From positions 352,001 through 416,000 of the forward strand of contig CAVSIV010000001.1 of assembly GCA_963728205.1 (NCBI GenBank): a stretch of DNA of 64,000 nt. Direction: 5' to 3'. The notes below the pieces were generated by a model that saw only the letters and a list, made by a program, of their open reading frames with translations, did not search any database and was not told the DNA's origin. The stretch comes from an uncultured Chloroflexia bacterium (GTDB taxonomy: Bacteria > Chloroflexota > Dehalococcoidia > UBA2979). The translations under genes were made by a program, and so were the position numbers. Shown here one piece after another: positions 19,091-28,725 of this stretch. Position 1 is the stretch's first letter. The number at the start of each line of letters is the position of its first letter.

Positions 19091-20110
19091 ATGCCGCTCG
19101 CACTCGCCGCCTGGTCGGGATTCATCGCGCTCGTCGGAGCACTGCTCGCGCTCGACCTGCTCGTGCTGCATCGGAACGCGCACGCGGTCGTGCTCCGCGA
19201 GGCCGCGGCGTGGAGCGCGTTCTGGATCGGGCTGGGGCTCGCCTTCGGCGGGGTGATCTGGTGGGTGGCGGGCGGGACGGCGGCAGGCGAGTACTTCGCC
19301 GGCTACCTGATCGAGAAGAGCCTCTCGGTCGACAACGTCTTCGTCTTCGTCCTGATCTTCTCGTACTTCGCCGTGCCGGCCGCCTATCAGCACCGCGTGC
19401 TGTTCTGGGGCGTGCTCGGGGCGCTCGTGCTCCGCGGCGCCTTCATCGTCGTTGGCGCGGCGCTGCTCGAGACCTTCCACTGGGTCCTGTACCTGTTCGG
19501 CGCGTTCCTGCTCTATACCGGCGTGAAGATGTTTCGGCACCAGGACCTGGCCATCGATCCGAGCGAGAACCGCGTGCTGCGCTGGCTGCAGCGGCTCGTC
19601 CCGCTCACGACCACTTACCACGGCCAGCGGCTGTTCGCGCGCGAGGCGGGCGTGCGGGTCGCGACGCCGCTGTTCGCGGTGCTGGTGATCATCGAGACCA
19701 CCGACCTCGTGTTCGCCGTCGACTCGATCCCGGCGATCTTCGCCGTTACGCGCGACCCGTTCATCGTGTTCACGTCGAACGTCTTCGCCATCCTCGGGCT
19801 GCGCGCGCTCTACTTCCTGCTCGCGGGGGTTGCCCATCGGTTCATCCATCTGAAGACGGGGCTCGCCGCGATCCTCGCGCTCGTCGGCGTGAAGATGCTG
19901 CTGACCGACCTCTACCACGTGCCGGTCTGGGCCTCGCTCGCGGCGATCGCGGTGATCCTGGCCGTCGCGGTCGGCTGGTCGCTGCGCGCGCGCGTCGAGG
20001 TCGACCGCGTGCACGAGGTTGCCATCCCCGATCCGTTCCGCCTGATCACCGAGCCGCGCGCGGAGCCCGGGAGCGAGCCCGCCGCGAGCCAGGACGCCGC
20101 GGAGGTGTGA
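19091..20110 (+). CDS. TerC/Alx family metal (Mn) homeostasis membrane protein
   Basis: EKSLSVDNVFVF, DLVFAVDSIPA, SNVFAILGLRALYF; GGAGG before ATG 19091. Confidence 0.95.
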   Translation: MPLALAAWSGFIALVGALLALDLLVLHRNAHAVVLREAAAWSAFWIGLGLAFGGVIWWVAGGTAAGEYFAGYLIEKSLSVDNVFVFVLIFSYFAVPAAYQHRVLFWGVLGALVLRGAFIVVGAALLETFHWVLYLFGAFLLYTGVKMFRHQDLAIDPSENRVLRWLQRLVPLTTTYHGQRLFAREAGVRVATPLFAVLVIIETTDLVFAVDSIPAIFAVTRDPFIVFTSNVFAILGLRALYFLLAGVAHRFIHLKTGLAAILALVGVKMLLTDLYHVPVWASLAAIAVILAVAVGWSLRARVEVDRVHEVAIPDPFRLITEPRAEPGSEPAASQDAAEV

Positions 20111-20202
20111 GCCCGGCGTGCGGCCGCTCTCAGGCCGAAGGTCATCCGCGCACCATGACCTTCGTCCTTGTCGGCGTCGGTGAGCGTGCGGCAGTGTGAC
20201 CC

Positions 20203-20226
20203 ACACCCCCTGGGTGGGGGTACAGT
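20203..20226 (+). promoter_or_regulatory. Candidate CsoR/RicR-type copper operator overlapping a -10 box
   Basis: ACACCCCC-TGGGT-GGGGGTAC C-tract/G-tract dyad then TACAGT, upstream of the YHS-copA operon. Confidence 0.6.
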
Positions 20227-20258
20227 GGGGCAAGTGTTGGAGCGAAGGGAGATTCGTG

Positions 20259-20405
20259 ATGGCGAAGGATCCGATCTGTGGGATGACCGTCGACCCGGCG
20301 TCGGCCGCGGGGAAGAGCGAGCACGGCGGCGCGACCTACTACTTCTGCAGCGACCACTGCCGGAAGCAGTTCGAGGCGAAGCCGGCGCAGTACGCGAAGA
20401 GCTGA
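20259..20405 (+). CDS. YHS domain protein (48 aa, putative metal chaperone)
   Basis: KDPICGMTVD..YYFCSDHCRKQF..P..Y. Confidence 0.92.
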   Translation: MAKDPICGMTVDPASAAGKSEHGGATYYFCSDHCRKQFEAKPAQYAKS

Positions 20406-20435
20406 AGTCCCGGCCGGGGCTGAAGGGCGAGCGCG

Positions 20436-20711
20436 ATGTGGTACGGGTATCACGATGAAGGTCCGTGGGGCCGGCTTGCGATGGTCGTGATGATGGCGCT
20501 GTTCTGGGTGCCGCTGATCGTCGCCGTCGCGTGGCTCGTCGGATGGACTCGTCGCTCGGATCACGGCGGTCCACCGTCGCGCACGCCGGGCGAGGACGAC
20601 CCGCTCGAGATCGCGCGGCGTGCGTACGCGCGCGGCGACCTGCCGCGCGCGCGATACCTCCAGATCGTGGAGGACCTGCGCGGCACGGCGGATCCGCGGG
20701 GCGGCGGGTGA
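20436..20711 (+). CDS. Small TM plus SHOCT-domain protein
   Basis: Met-rich TM helix; DPLEIARRAYARGDL. Confidence 0.85.
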   Translation: MWYGYHDEGPWGRLAMVVMMALFWVPLIVAVAWLVGWTRRSDHGGPPSRTPGEDDPLEIARRAYARGDLPRARYLQIVEDLRGTADPRGGG

Positions 20712-20738
20712 GCGCCTCACGCGTAGTGGAGGTGCACC

Positions 20739-23510
20739 GTGACGGTGGCGGAAGTCCTGGTGTCGGCCGCCGGGGCGGCACTGGCCGCCCTGCTGGCATG
20801 GTTCTTCTTCGCCCCGCGCGAAACGCGCCGGGCGACTGAGCGAGGCGGCGTCCAGGAGATCACGGTCACGGTGCGCGGCGGGTACTCGCCGAGCCTCATC
20901 GAGGTGCGGCCCGGCGTCCCGGTGCGGCTGCTCTTCGACCGCCAGGAGAACAGTGACTGTTCCTCGCGCGTCGTGATCCCCGACTTCCACGTGACGAAGT
21001 CGCTTCCCGCGTTTGCGACCACGGCGGTCGAGTTCACGCCGGAGCGCGCGGGCGAGTTCGGGTTCGCGTGCGGAATGAACATGCTGCACGGGACCCTAGT
21101 CGTGCGCGCCGCCGACGGCGCCAACGCGCCCGGCCCGGAGCGCGCGATCGCAGGGCCCCGCGCGCACGGGGGTGATCACGCCGACCATGCGACTGCGGCG
21201 GCGGTTGGGGTCGGACCCACGGTCCCCGCCGCCGCGGCAGCCACGGCGGCCCTGCGCGAGAGCGAGTTCGCGCTGTTCGGCGGCGGCGTGAACTGCCCGA
21301 CCTGCGTGCGCAACATCGAGGGCGTCGTCGGTGACCTGCGCGGCGTCGACCGCGTCGACGCGAACTTCGCCGCCGAGCGCGTGACGGTGGTGCACGACCC
21401 GGCCGAGATCTCGGCCGAGGACGTCGCTCGCACGATCGAGGCGATGGGGTACCGGGTGCGCGCGCGCACCGAGCCGGGCGCTGCGAAAACCGAGGACGCC
21501 GAGGCCGCCGGGCGCCGCGCGGAGGTGCGCGACCTGGCGCGACGCGTGATCGTCGGCGCGGTGCTGACGGCGCCGGTGCTCTACGCGGTGATGGTCAGCG
21601 ACTTCGTCGACCGCTCGCTCGTGCCGGGGTTCCTGCTGCGGCACTGGGTGCAGTTCGTGCTCGTCACGCCGGTGATGCTCTACACGGGGTGGCCGATCCA
21701 CCGCACCGGGTGGCTGACGCTGCGCCACCGCACCGCCGACATGAACACGCTCGTCACGGTCGGCGCGATCGCGGCGTACGCCTTCAGCGTCGCAGCGACG
21801 TTCGCGCCCGGCGTGCTGCCGGCGAGCGCGCGCGACGTCTACTTCGAGGCGGTGGGGACGATCCTCACGCTGATCCTGCTCGGGCGGCTCCTCGAAGCGC
21901 GCGCCAAGGCCGGCGCCGGCCAGGCGATCCGGCGGCTGATGGGCCTGCAGGCGCGGAGCGCGCGCGTCGTGCGCGACGGCGAGGAGCGCGACGTGCCCAT
22001 CGAGGATGTGCGCGCGGGAGAGCTCGTGATCGTGCGCCCGGGCGAGAAGGTGCCGGTCGACGGCGACGTGGTCGAGGGGCGCTCGACCGTGGACGAGTCG
22101 ATGGTCACCGGCGAGCCGATGGCGGTGACGAAGGAGCCGGGCGCGCGGGTGATCGGCGCGACCATCAACCAGACCGGAACGTTCCGCATGCAGGCGACGC
22201 GCGTGGGACGCGACACGATGCTGTCGCAGATCGTGCGGCTCGTGGAGCAGGCGCAGGGCTCGAAGGCGCCGATTCAGCGGCTGGCCGACGTCGTCGCGAG
22301 CTACTTCGTGCCCGCCGTCCTGTTCGCGGCGATCGCGACGTTCGTTGTGTGGTTCGACGTCGGCCCGGCGCCGGCAGGGACGCACGCACTCGTGGCCGCG
22401 GTCGCGGTCCTGATCATTGCGTGCCCGTGTGCGCTCGGCCTCGCAACGCCGATGTCGATCATGGTCGCGACCGGGAAGGGCGCCGAACGCGGGGTGCTCA
22501 TCCGCTCGGCCGAGGCGCTGGAGACCGCGCAGCGTCTCGGCGCCCTGGTGCTCGACAAGACGGGGACGATCACGCGCGGCGAGCCGGCGCTCACCGACGT
22601 TGTCGCCACCGGCGATGTGCCCGAGGACGAGCTGCTCCGCCTGGTCGCCTCGGCCGAGCGCGCCTCCGAGCACCCGCTCGGGGCGGCGATCGTCGCCGGC
22701 GCGCGCGAACGCGGGCTCGGCCTGGCCGATGCGAGCGACTTCGCGTCGGTGACGGGGAAGGGCATCCGCGTCTCCGTGGACGGCCGCGGCGTGCTCGTGG
22801 GAAATGGCGCGCTGCTCACCGACGCGGCGATCGACATCGCCGCGCTCGAGCCCGAGCGCGACCGACTCGCCGCGGAGGGCAAGACCGCGATGCTCGTCGC
22901 GATCGACGGCCGCCCCGCGGGGGTCGTCGCCGTGGCCGACACGGTCAAGCCGGAGTCGCGCGACGCGATCGCCGCGCTGCGCGCGATGGGACTCGAAGTA
23001 GCGATGATCACCGGCGACCAGCGCAGCACCGCGGAGGCGATCGCGCGGCAGGTCGGCATTGACCGCGTGCTGGCCGAGGTGCTCCCGCAGGACAAGGCGC
23101 TCGAGGTGCGGCGGCTGCAGGACGAGGGCAAGGTCGTCGGCATGGTCGGCGACGGCATCAACGACGCACCTGCGCTGGCGCAGGCCGACGTCGGGATCGC
23201 GATCGGCACCGGGACGGACGTCGCGATCGAGGCGGCGGACGTGACGCTGATTTCCGGCGAGCTCGATGGGGTCGTCACGGCGATCGCGCTCAGCCGCGCG
23301 ACGATGCGAAACATCCGCGAGAACCTCTTCTTCGCGTTCGTCTACAACGCCGTCGGGATCCCGATCGCGGCCGGCGTGCTCTTCCCGTTCGTGGGCGTGC
23401 TGCTCAGCCCGATGATCGCCGCCGCCGCGATGGCGCTGAGCTCGGTATCAGTGGTGACGAACGCGAACCGCCTGCGCCGCTTCCGGCCCGCGCGGGCGAG
23501 CGGCGCGTAA
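20739..23510 (+). CDS. copA: Cu(I)-translocating P1B-type ATPase with N-terminal cupredoxin-like and HMA domains
   Basis: GGYSP..C..FACGMNM domain, CPTC, TGEP, CPC, DKTGT, SEHP, GDGIND, YN and MALSS motifs. Confidence 0.95.
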   Translation: MTVAEVLVSAAGAALAALLAWFFFAPRETRRATERGGVQEITVTVRGGYSPSLIEVRPGVPVRLLFDRQENSDCSSRVVIPDFHVTKSLPAFATTAVEFTPERAGEFGFACGMNMLHGTLVVRAADGANAPGPERAIAGPRAHGGDHADHATAAAVGVGPTVPAAAAATAALRESEFALFGGGVNCPTCVRNIEGVVGDLRGVDRVDANFAAERVTVVHDPAEISAEDVARTIEAMGYRVRARTEPGAAKTEDAEAAGRRAEVRDLARRVIVGAVLTAPVLYAVMVSDFVDRSLVPGFLLRHWVQFVLVTPVMLYTGWPIHRTGWLTLRHRTADMNTLVTVGAIAAYAFSVAATFAPGVLPASARDVYFEAVGTILTLILLGRLLEARAKAGAGQAIRRLMGLQARSARVVRDGEERDVPIEDVRAGELVIVRPGEKVPVDGDVVEGRSTVDESMVTGEPMAVTKEPGARVIGATINQTGTFRMQATRVGRDTMLSQIVRLVEQAQGSKAPIQRLADVVASYFVPAVLFAAIATFVVWFDVGPAPAGTHALVAAVAVLIIACPCALGLATPMSIMVATGKGAERGVLIRSAEALETAQRLGALVLDKTGTITRGEPALTDVVATGDVPEDELLRLVASAERASEHPLGAAIVAGARERGLGLADASDFASVTGKGIRVSVDGRGVLVGNGALLTDAAIDIAALEPERDRLAAEGKTAMLVAIDGRPAGVVAVADTVKPESRDAIAALRAMGLEVAMITGDQRSTAEAIARQVGIDRVLAEVLPQDKALEVRRLQDEGKVVGMVGDGINDAPALAQADVGIAIGTGTDVAIEAADVTLISGELDGVVTAIALSRATMRNIRENLFFAFVYNAVGIPIAAGVLFPFVGVLLSPMIAAAAMALSSVSVVTNANRLRRFRPARASGA

Positions 23511-23595
23511 CCGCATGCCCACCACGACGAACGACCCCACGCGGGCGGGCCGGTCGCCCCTCACCGCAGGCAGCGGGGCGCGCGACACTGTGAGC

Positions 23596-24279
23596 ATGTT
23601 CGTCTCGCCGCGCGCCCGCGCCTTGCTGCTCGCCGTCACCGCGATCGCCGTCGCCATGCTGCTCGTGGCCTGCGGGAACACGTCGCCCGGCGGAGCCACC
23701 TCCGGCGGGCCGGGCGGCGGCCCGAGCGGCGGCCCGGGCGGCGGCATGGCGATGGGCGGCGGCATGATGGGCGGCGCGGCCGCAGGGGCGGGCGTAGCGC
23801 CGACCGCGGTCGCGCCCGACGTCGCCTCGCGGCTGGGCGCGGCGGTGCCGGCCGGCGCGACGGCCGATCGCCCGTCGAACACGCTCACGTTCAGCGGCGT
23901 GGCGGTCGACCTCGTGGTGCTGGCCGCGCCGTCGGACGGCCCCGACGAGACCTTCCGCGTTGCCGGGATGACCAACCCGACCATCGTCGTCCCACGCGGG
24001 GCGCACGTCACGGTGGAGCTCGTCAACGCCGATGCCGGCATGCCCCACGACTGGCTCGTGACGACCGCCGCGCCGCCGTACCCCGACGCGATGATGATGG
24101 GCCCGCCCCTCGCGTTCGACGCAGCGACGCCGACGCTCGCGGAGGCATCGAAGACGGCGATGCTCGCGACCGTCGTGACGTTCGATGCCGGCACGCCCGG
24201 TCGCTACACGTACCTGTGCTCGGTGCCGGGCCACGCGCAGGAGGGGATGTATGGCGCGCTCGTCGTCACGAGCAGCTGA
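23596..24279 (+). CDS. Rusticyanin/sulfocyanin-like blue copper lipoprotein
   Basis: LVAC lipobox, Gly/Met linker, NPTIVVP, PHDW and YLCSVPGHAQEGM type-1 Cu ligands; alternative start 23515. Confidence 0.88.
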   Translation: MFVSPRARALLLAVTAIAVAMLLVACGNTSPGGATSGGPGGGPSGGPGGGMAMGGGMMGGAAAGAGVAPTAVAPDVASRLGAAVPAGATADRPSNTLTFSGVAVDLVVLAAPSDGPDETFRVAGMTNPTIVVPRGAHVTVELVNADAGMPHDWLVTTAAPPYPDAMMMGPPLAFDAATPTLAEASKTAMLATVVTFDAGTPGRYTYLCSVPGHAQEGMYGALVVTSS

Positions 24280-24473
24280 TCCCGCCGGCTCGCCGGCAGC
24301 TTGCGGCGGGCCGCTCGGTCGCATCGGCTCCACGACGCGCCGCCATGCCGCCACCGCGCGCCGCCTCGAGGTCCGCGGGGGGTCACGCGCTTGACCATCC
24401 GCTCGCGGAGGCGCTCGCGCTGGTAGATCGGCATCCGCTCCAGCGCCTGCGTGACGACCGGGTCCCAGTCCAT
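24204..24473 (-). CDS. Small PCP-reductase (BchB C-terminal)-like domain protein, probable frameshift at the homopolymer near 24380
   Basis: MDWDPVVTQALERMPIYQR; alternative frame gives VTPADLEAAR; true end uncertain. Confidence 0.45.
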   Translation of the reverse strand: MDWDPVVTQALERMPIYQRERLRERMVKRVTPRGPRGGARWRHGGASWSRCDRAARRKLPASRRDQLLVTTSAPYIPSCAWPGTEHRYV

Positions 24474-24503
24474 GTCGCTCCCGCCGCCCTGCGGTGACCG
24501 ACG

Positions 24504-25037
24504 CTACTCGAAGTCGGCGAGGACCTCCATCGCCAGGGACTCGTCGCCGAACTGGTCGGACGCCACCGGCAGGGTGAGGCGGAAGTGGTGCGGCCCCTCC
24601 ATGCCGGGGTGCATCATCGTCTCGATCGACAGGGTGGTCGTCTCGCCGGGCTGCAGGGTCGTGGCACCCACGACCGGGTCGGGCGGTCAGCAGCCGTCCA
24701 GCACGGCAATCCCCGCGCGTCCGAGGTGCACGGGCGTCGCGCCCTCGTTCGTCACGCGGAACGCGTGCGCTACCTTGGTGTCGAGTGGCACGCGGCCGAA
24801 GTCGACGCTCGCGGCGTCGACGCGCACGCCGCTCTGACTGAGCACCGTCCCGCTGGCGACGGGCGTGAGGTTGCTGACGGGCGCGTCGCTCATGGAACCG
24901 GTGGCTGCGGGGCCCGCGCCGCCGCGGGTGAGCGCCCACCCGAACAGCAGCGCCACGACCGCCAGCGAGCCGGCCAGCCACCGGGCGCCGCTGTTCGACG
25001 TGCCCCGGCGCCGCGCGTTGCGTCGTCGTCTGCTCAT
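24504..25037 (-). CDS. Putative selenoprotein: membrane-anchored DUF1573/Ig-like domain with G-C-U (Sec117) and MMHxGMxGPHH motif, 177 aa
   Basis: VDFGRV..HAFRVTNEG..VLDGC-TGA(24687-24689)-PPDP..LQPGETTTLSI..MMHPGMEGPHHF..TAG; fold motifs continue across the TGA; SECIS-like hairpin. Confidence 0.82.
24657..24675 (-). promoter_or_regulatory. Candidate bacterial SECIS element
   Basis: GGUCGUGG-GUG-CCACGACC perfect 8-bp stem after an 11-nt spacer from UGA; G-starting loop. Confidence 0.72.
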
Positions 25038-25459
25038 GGGGTCGCCGCCTCCCGGGGCCGCGTCGGCGGTCCCACCTGCGCGAACTGGGCGTCGATGCGC
25101 TGCGCGATCGCCTGCGCGGGGACGCCTTCGCCGTTCCATTGCTCGACCAGAATCGCCTCCGCCTGGCAGATGCCGCAGCCGGCGCCGTGCGGGTCGAATC
25201 CGCCGTCGTCGCGGACGAAGCAGTCGCGCAGCTGCCGATGCTGCAACTCTGGGCCACAGCCGCAGTAGCAGGTGACCTGCTCCGCGAGCGTTTCGTGTGC
25301 GGCAACGAAGCGATACCGGTCGGCGATCTGCGCGGGCTGCGTCGAGAGGTCGAGCGAAGGCGGCGCCGGCGCCGCGCCGGTGCCGCACGATGCGAGCACC
25401 GCGAGCGCTGCGATTGCCGCGAGGGCGACGAGAACGGCTTGGACGCGCGAGGCGTGCAT
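25034..25459 (-). CDS. PCYCGC-motif (lipo)protein
   Basis: LASC lipobox; TCYCGC..H..L.DCF..H..GCGIC; stop overlaps next start (ATGA). Confidence 0.88.
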   Translation of the reverse strand: MHASRVQAVLVALAAIAALAVLASCGTGAAPAPPSLDLSTQPAQIADRYRFVAAHETLAEQVTCYCGCGPELQHRQLRDCFVRDDGGFDPHGAGCGICQAEAILVEQWNGEGVPAQAIAQRIDAQFAQVGPPTRPREAATP

Positions 25460-25597
25460 CGATGCTCCATCGACCGCGCCCTCGACACGGTGCGGGCGCC
25501 GCGGTCTCCAGCGCGAGTGTTCGCCGCGGCCGTCCCCAGCGCGTCGGGCGGAAGTCCGAACGCCGGTACGACGTCTGGCCAACGCCGTGAGCATGCT

Positions 25598-25978
25598 CTA
25601 CTGCGCCGGTCCGCCGAACCGGCCGCCCATCATCCCGCCGTGCCAGCCCGCGCCGGGGCCGGGGGCCGGCGGGGCGGACGAGCCGTCGCCGGCGGCGCCG
25701 CCGGTCATCCAGCTCCACATCTGCTCGAACGTGCGCTGGCCGTGAAACTGGTCCATCCACTCGTGCATCGCGTCGAGGTCAAACGTGCCGTCGCCGGTGA
25801 GAAACGGACAGCCCCACCCGGGCGCCGGCGTCGCGGTCGCCTGCGCCACCGCGGTGGCCTGCGTTGCCTGCCCCGGCGAGCCCGCCGCGAGCGCGCCCGT
25901 CGAGGCTGCGCCGATGCCGAGCGCGCCGACGAGCATCCCGATTGCGACCGCGGTGACGACCAGGTTCCCGCGACTCAT
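25598..25978 (-). CDS. Small secreted His/Met-rich hypothetical protein
   Basis: Signal peptide; GCP, MHEWMDQFHG..FEQM, WHGGMMGG; GAGGGGAG RBS. Confidence 0.7.
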   Translation of the reverse strand: MSRGNLVVTAVAIGMLVGALGIGAASTGALAAGSPGQATQATAVAQATATPAPGWGCPFLTGDGTFDLDAMHEWMDQFHGQRTFEQMWSWMTGGAAGDGSSAPPAPGPGAGWHGGMMGGRFGGPAQ

Positions 25979-26036
25979 GGTGTGCTCCCCTCACGGCGCA
26001 GCCGCCTGCACCGCCGAGGGGAACGTCGCGCGCTCG

Positions 26037-26053
26037 TGTGAATGTTCTGTGAA
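26037..26053 (-). promoter_or_regulatory. Candidate OmpR/PhoB-family direct-repeat operator
   Basis: TTCACA-N5-TTCACA (11-bp period) about 60 nt upstream of ATG 25978. Confidence 0.55.
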
Positions 26054-26336
26054 GACGTCGGAGGTGCGGGGGGGAGGCATGCGGGGACGGTGCGCGGGAT
26101 GCGAACGAGCCGCCCGTTGGCCGGGCGGTGGGCTTCTCAGGCCCCTGGCGCTGGCGGGGCTGACTCATCCGGCGCCCGCCGTCCGCGCGATCCCCCACCT
26201 TGCGGCAGCACTGCTCGCACGGCCCGGAACGGAAGCGGTGATCGCTTCCGGGCGAGCCGCTGCATGCCTGCGGATTGCCTATTGCCTCGCCCCGTCAGGG
26301 GAGGAGGCGAGACGAGACGGCATGCGGTGGTAGGCG

Positions 26337-26421
26337 CGGAGGGGGTGGGATTCGAACCCACGGTGGCTTGCGCCACGGCGGTTTTCAAGACCGCTCCCTT
26401 CAACCACTCGGGCACCCCTCC
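26337..26421 (-). tRNA. tRNA-Ser (anticodon TGA)
   Basis: GGAGGGG/CCCCTCC acceptor stem, GCGGT-CTTGAAA-ACCGC anticodon arm, long variable arm, GGTTCGAATCC T-arm; CCA not encoded. Confidence 0.96.
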
Positions 26422-26475
26422 GGGACCACATCGTACGTGCCGCTTCCGCCGCGCGCGCGGGTGCCCGGCGGCCGC

Positions 26476-26859
26476 TTAGTCCTCTCCGGTCATCGCCACG
26501 GTGATCAGCAGCGCCGACTCTTCCGTCGCCGTCAGCGAGTGAGGCACCCCGGCCTTCACGACGGCGATGCGCCCGGCGGGCAGCACCTCCTCGCGGCCGC
26601 CCGCGTGCAGCCGCACCGCACCGTCCAGCACCTGGATCGAAGCGGCGCCGCGGATCGCATGCTCCGACAGCTCCGCGCCGCGCGCGATCACCGTGAGCAC
26701 CACGTTCAGCCCCTGCTCCTTCACCAGCGCGATGCCGTTGCGCTCGCGGCCCTCCGGGATCGGCCGCAGCGCCGCCACGCGCTCGGCGAGGTCGCTCACC
26801 ATCTCGTCGCCTGCGAGCTGGTGGTCATCGAGGTAGGCGTGTCCGCCGTCGGTCGTCAT
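26476..26859 (-). CDS. Cupin domain protein
   Basis: LSEHAIRGAASIQVLDG and VPHSLTATEESALLIT. Confidence 0.85.
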   Translation of the reverse strand: MTTDGGHAYLDDHQLAGDEMVSDLAERVAALRPIPEGRERNGIALVKEQGLNVVLTVIARGAELSEHAIRGAASIQVLDGAVRLHAGGREEVLPAGRIAVVKAGVPHSLTATEESALLITVAMTGED

Positions 26860-27024
26860 GTGCGCTCTCCGATCGTCGCTGCGCGTGCCGGGCGGCGCGA
26901 CCGCCGCGCGCCCACCGGCCGTTGTGGTCACGATCTCCAGGCTAGACCCGGCTGCGAAGTGTCCCGCGGGGAGTGCGAAGGTGAGTCGGAGGACGGCGTG
27001 TCGTCCGCTCGCCGGACGGGAGCG

Positions 27025-28479
27025 TCAGCGCAGGAGGACGACCTCGGTCGCGTCGCCGCCGCCGGCACCGTCGCCGCCGATCAGCACCGCGCCACGCGAT
27101 GTCACGGCGAGCCCCGACACCCGGGCGAGCGGGAGCGCCGACCGGCGCACGACCGTCCCGCTGCGCGGGTCGAGCACCGCGATCTCCCGGCTGCCCGCGA
27201 CGAGCAGCCCGTCCGCGGTCAGCGCCGGCGGCGCGACCGCCGTCCCGGCGGGGAGCGTCCACCCGGCCGCGCCCGTCGCGAGGTCGAGCGCCGTGAGCGA
27301 ACCGTCGGCGCCGGGGACGAACGCGCTGGCGGTCGAGGCGGCGGGCAGCGGCCGCGTCGTGACGCCCACGGGCTGCGGCGACTCCAGCGGCGTGCCCCAG
27401 AGGTGGGGGAAGCGCGGCGGCCGGTGCGCCATGCCCCAGATGTACGCGTTCGCCCAGGCGCCGCGCAGCCCGTACCACCACGGCGTGCGCGACGACGGCT
27501 CGTAGGCCATCACCGCGTGCGGGGCGATCGCCACCACCAGCGCCGGCGTCGCGACCAGCGCGGTGACCTCGCGCAGCGGGTAGACGAACGTGCGGGCGCC
27601 GGTGCGGCGGTCGTAGAACTCGACCTGCCGGCTCGTGGCGAGCGCGATCACGTTCCCGGCGACGACGGGCTCCACCTGCATCCACCCGCCGCCGATGCCG
27701 GTCGACCAGAGGACGCGGCCGGTCGCGGCGTCGATGCCGGAGAGGTGGCCGAAGCTCGCCACGTACACGGTGCCGTCGAAGACGACCGGCGTCGCGTAGA
27801 CCGGCACGGCGACCTGCGCACGCCAGCGCTGGCGGCCGGTCGCGCGGTCGAGCGCGAACACCGCGCCGTTGCGCAGCGCGAGGTAGAGCGCGTCGCCGGC
27901 GACGGCCGGCGCGGAGTCGACGGGCGCCGGCAGCGCGAGGTCCCAGCGCACGGCGCCGTCGGCGAGCGCGAGCGCCGCAAGGCGGTCGTCCGCGCGGCCG
28001 ACGTAGACCGCATCGCCGTCGACGACGGGCGCGGTGGTGATGCTCGCGTCGAGATGCTGCCGCCAGGCGACGCTGTCGAGCGCGCCGGGCGCGGCGGTGG
28101 TGGCGCGTGTTGCGCCAAGGTCGCCGCCGGGCAGCGGCCAGGCGGCCGCGGATGCGGCCACCGAGAGCGTGCTCGACGGGCGCGGCAGCGTCGCGGCCGG
28201 GCGCAGGCGGGCGAACGCGAACCAGGCGACGGCCACGAGGACGAGCGTCGCGACCGCGGTGCGCCAGGGGTGGCGTCGCAGCGCGGCGCCGACCCGCCCG
28301 CCGCGGCGGCGGAGCGCGGCGCGGGGAGGGGTGGGGGCGGCGGGGGCGTCGGGTGCGGCCGGCGGCGCGGCCACGACCGGCACGTCGTCGAGACGGCGCA
28401 GGCACGTCGGACAGAGCGCGCGCGCGGCCGCGACCTCGCGGCCGCAGGTAGGGCAGTGCCGGATCGTGTCGCTGGCCAT
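27025..28479 (-). CDS. PQQ-like (BamB-type) beta-propeller protein with N-terminal zinc ribbon and TM helix
   Basis: CPTC..CPTC, TM, repeated ALD..TG..RW / PVV.DG.VYV blades. Confidence 0.85.
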   Translation of the reverse strand: MASDTIRHCPTCGREVAAARALCPTCLRRLDDVPVVAAPPAAPDAPAAPTPPRAALRRRGGRVGAALRRHPWRTAVATLVLVAVAWFAFARLRPAATLPRPSSTLSVAASAAAWPLPGGDLGATRATTAAPGALDSVAWRQHLDASITTAPVVDGDAVYVGRADDRLAALALADGAVRWDLALPAPVDSAPAVAGDALYLALRNGAVFALDRATGRQRWRAQVAVPVYATPVVFDGTVYVASFGHLSGIDAATGRVLWSTGIGGGWMQVEPVVAGNVIALATSRQVEFYDRRTGARTFVYPLREVTALVATPALVVAIAPHAVMAYEPSSRTPWWYGLRGAWANAYIWGMAHRPPRFPHLWGTPLESPQPVGVTTRPLPAASTASAFVPGADGSLTALDLATGAAGWTLPAGTAVAPPALTADGLLVAGSREIAVLDPRSGTVVRRSALPLARVSGLAVTSRGAVLIGGDGAGGGDATEVVLLR

Positions 28480-28725
28480 CACGGGCGTGTTCCCGGGGAG
28501 GTCGGCGGCCCGTGCCGCCGCTGGGGGGTGTGCCCACGATAACGTCCGTGGCGGTCGCGTGCGCCGGGTTCGCCCCACGGCAGCGGCGCCGCGCCCGGTA
28601 GTCGCAGAACGGCGGGCTGCGCCGCGTCCGACCGGCCCTACGTCGAGGGACGTTCGCCCGGTCTGTCCGAACCTGTCCCGCACCTACGCTGCATCGAACC
28701 CGGTGTGCACGTGGGAGGGTCGCCC

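Noticed and set aside
15418-25037. Genome-wide UGA reassignment to Trp or Gly
   Set aside because: TGA is used as an ordinary stop in many genes, including ATGA/GTGA overlaps, and Trp is encoded by TGG
26337-26421. tRNA-Sec (selC) serving the nearby UGA codons
   Set aside because: Anticodon is TGA (reads UCA, Ser), not TCA, and the acceptor stem is the normal 7 bp
15418-26421. tRNA-anchored integrative island
   Set aside because: No integrase, no duplicated tRNA 3' end noticed, and composition looks like the flanks
27025-28479. BamB outer-membrane assembly factor or PQQ dehydrogenase
   Set aside because: Only generic propeller repeats; zinc ribbon plus TM architecture and no catalytic motifs
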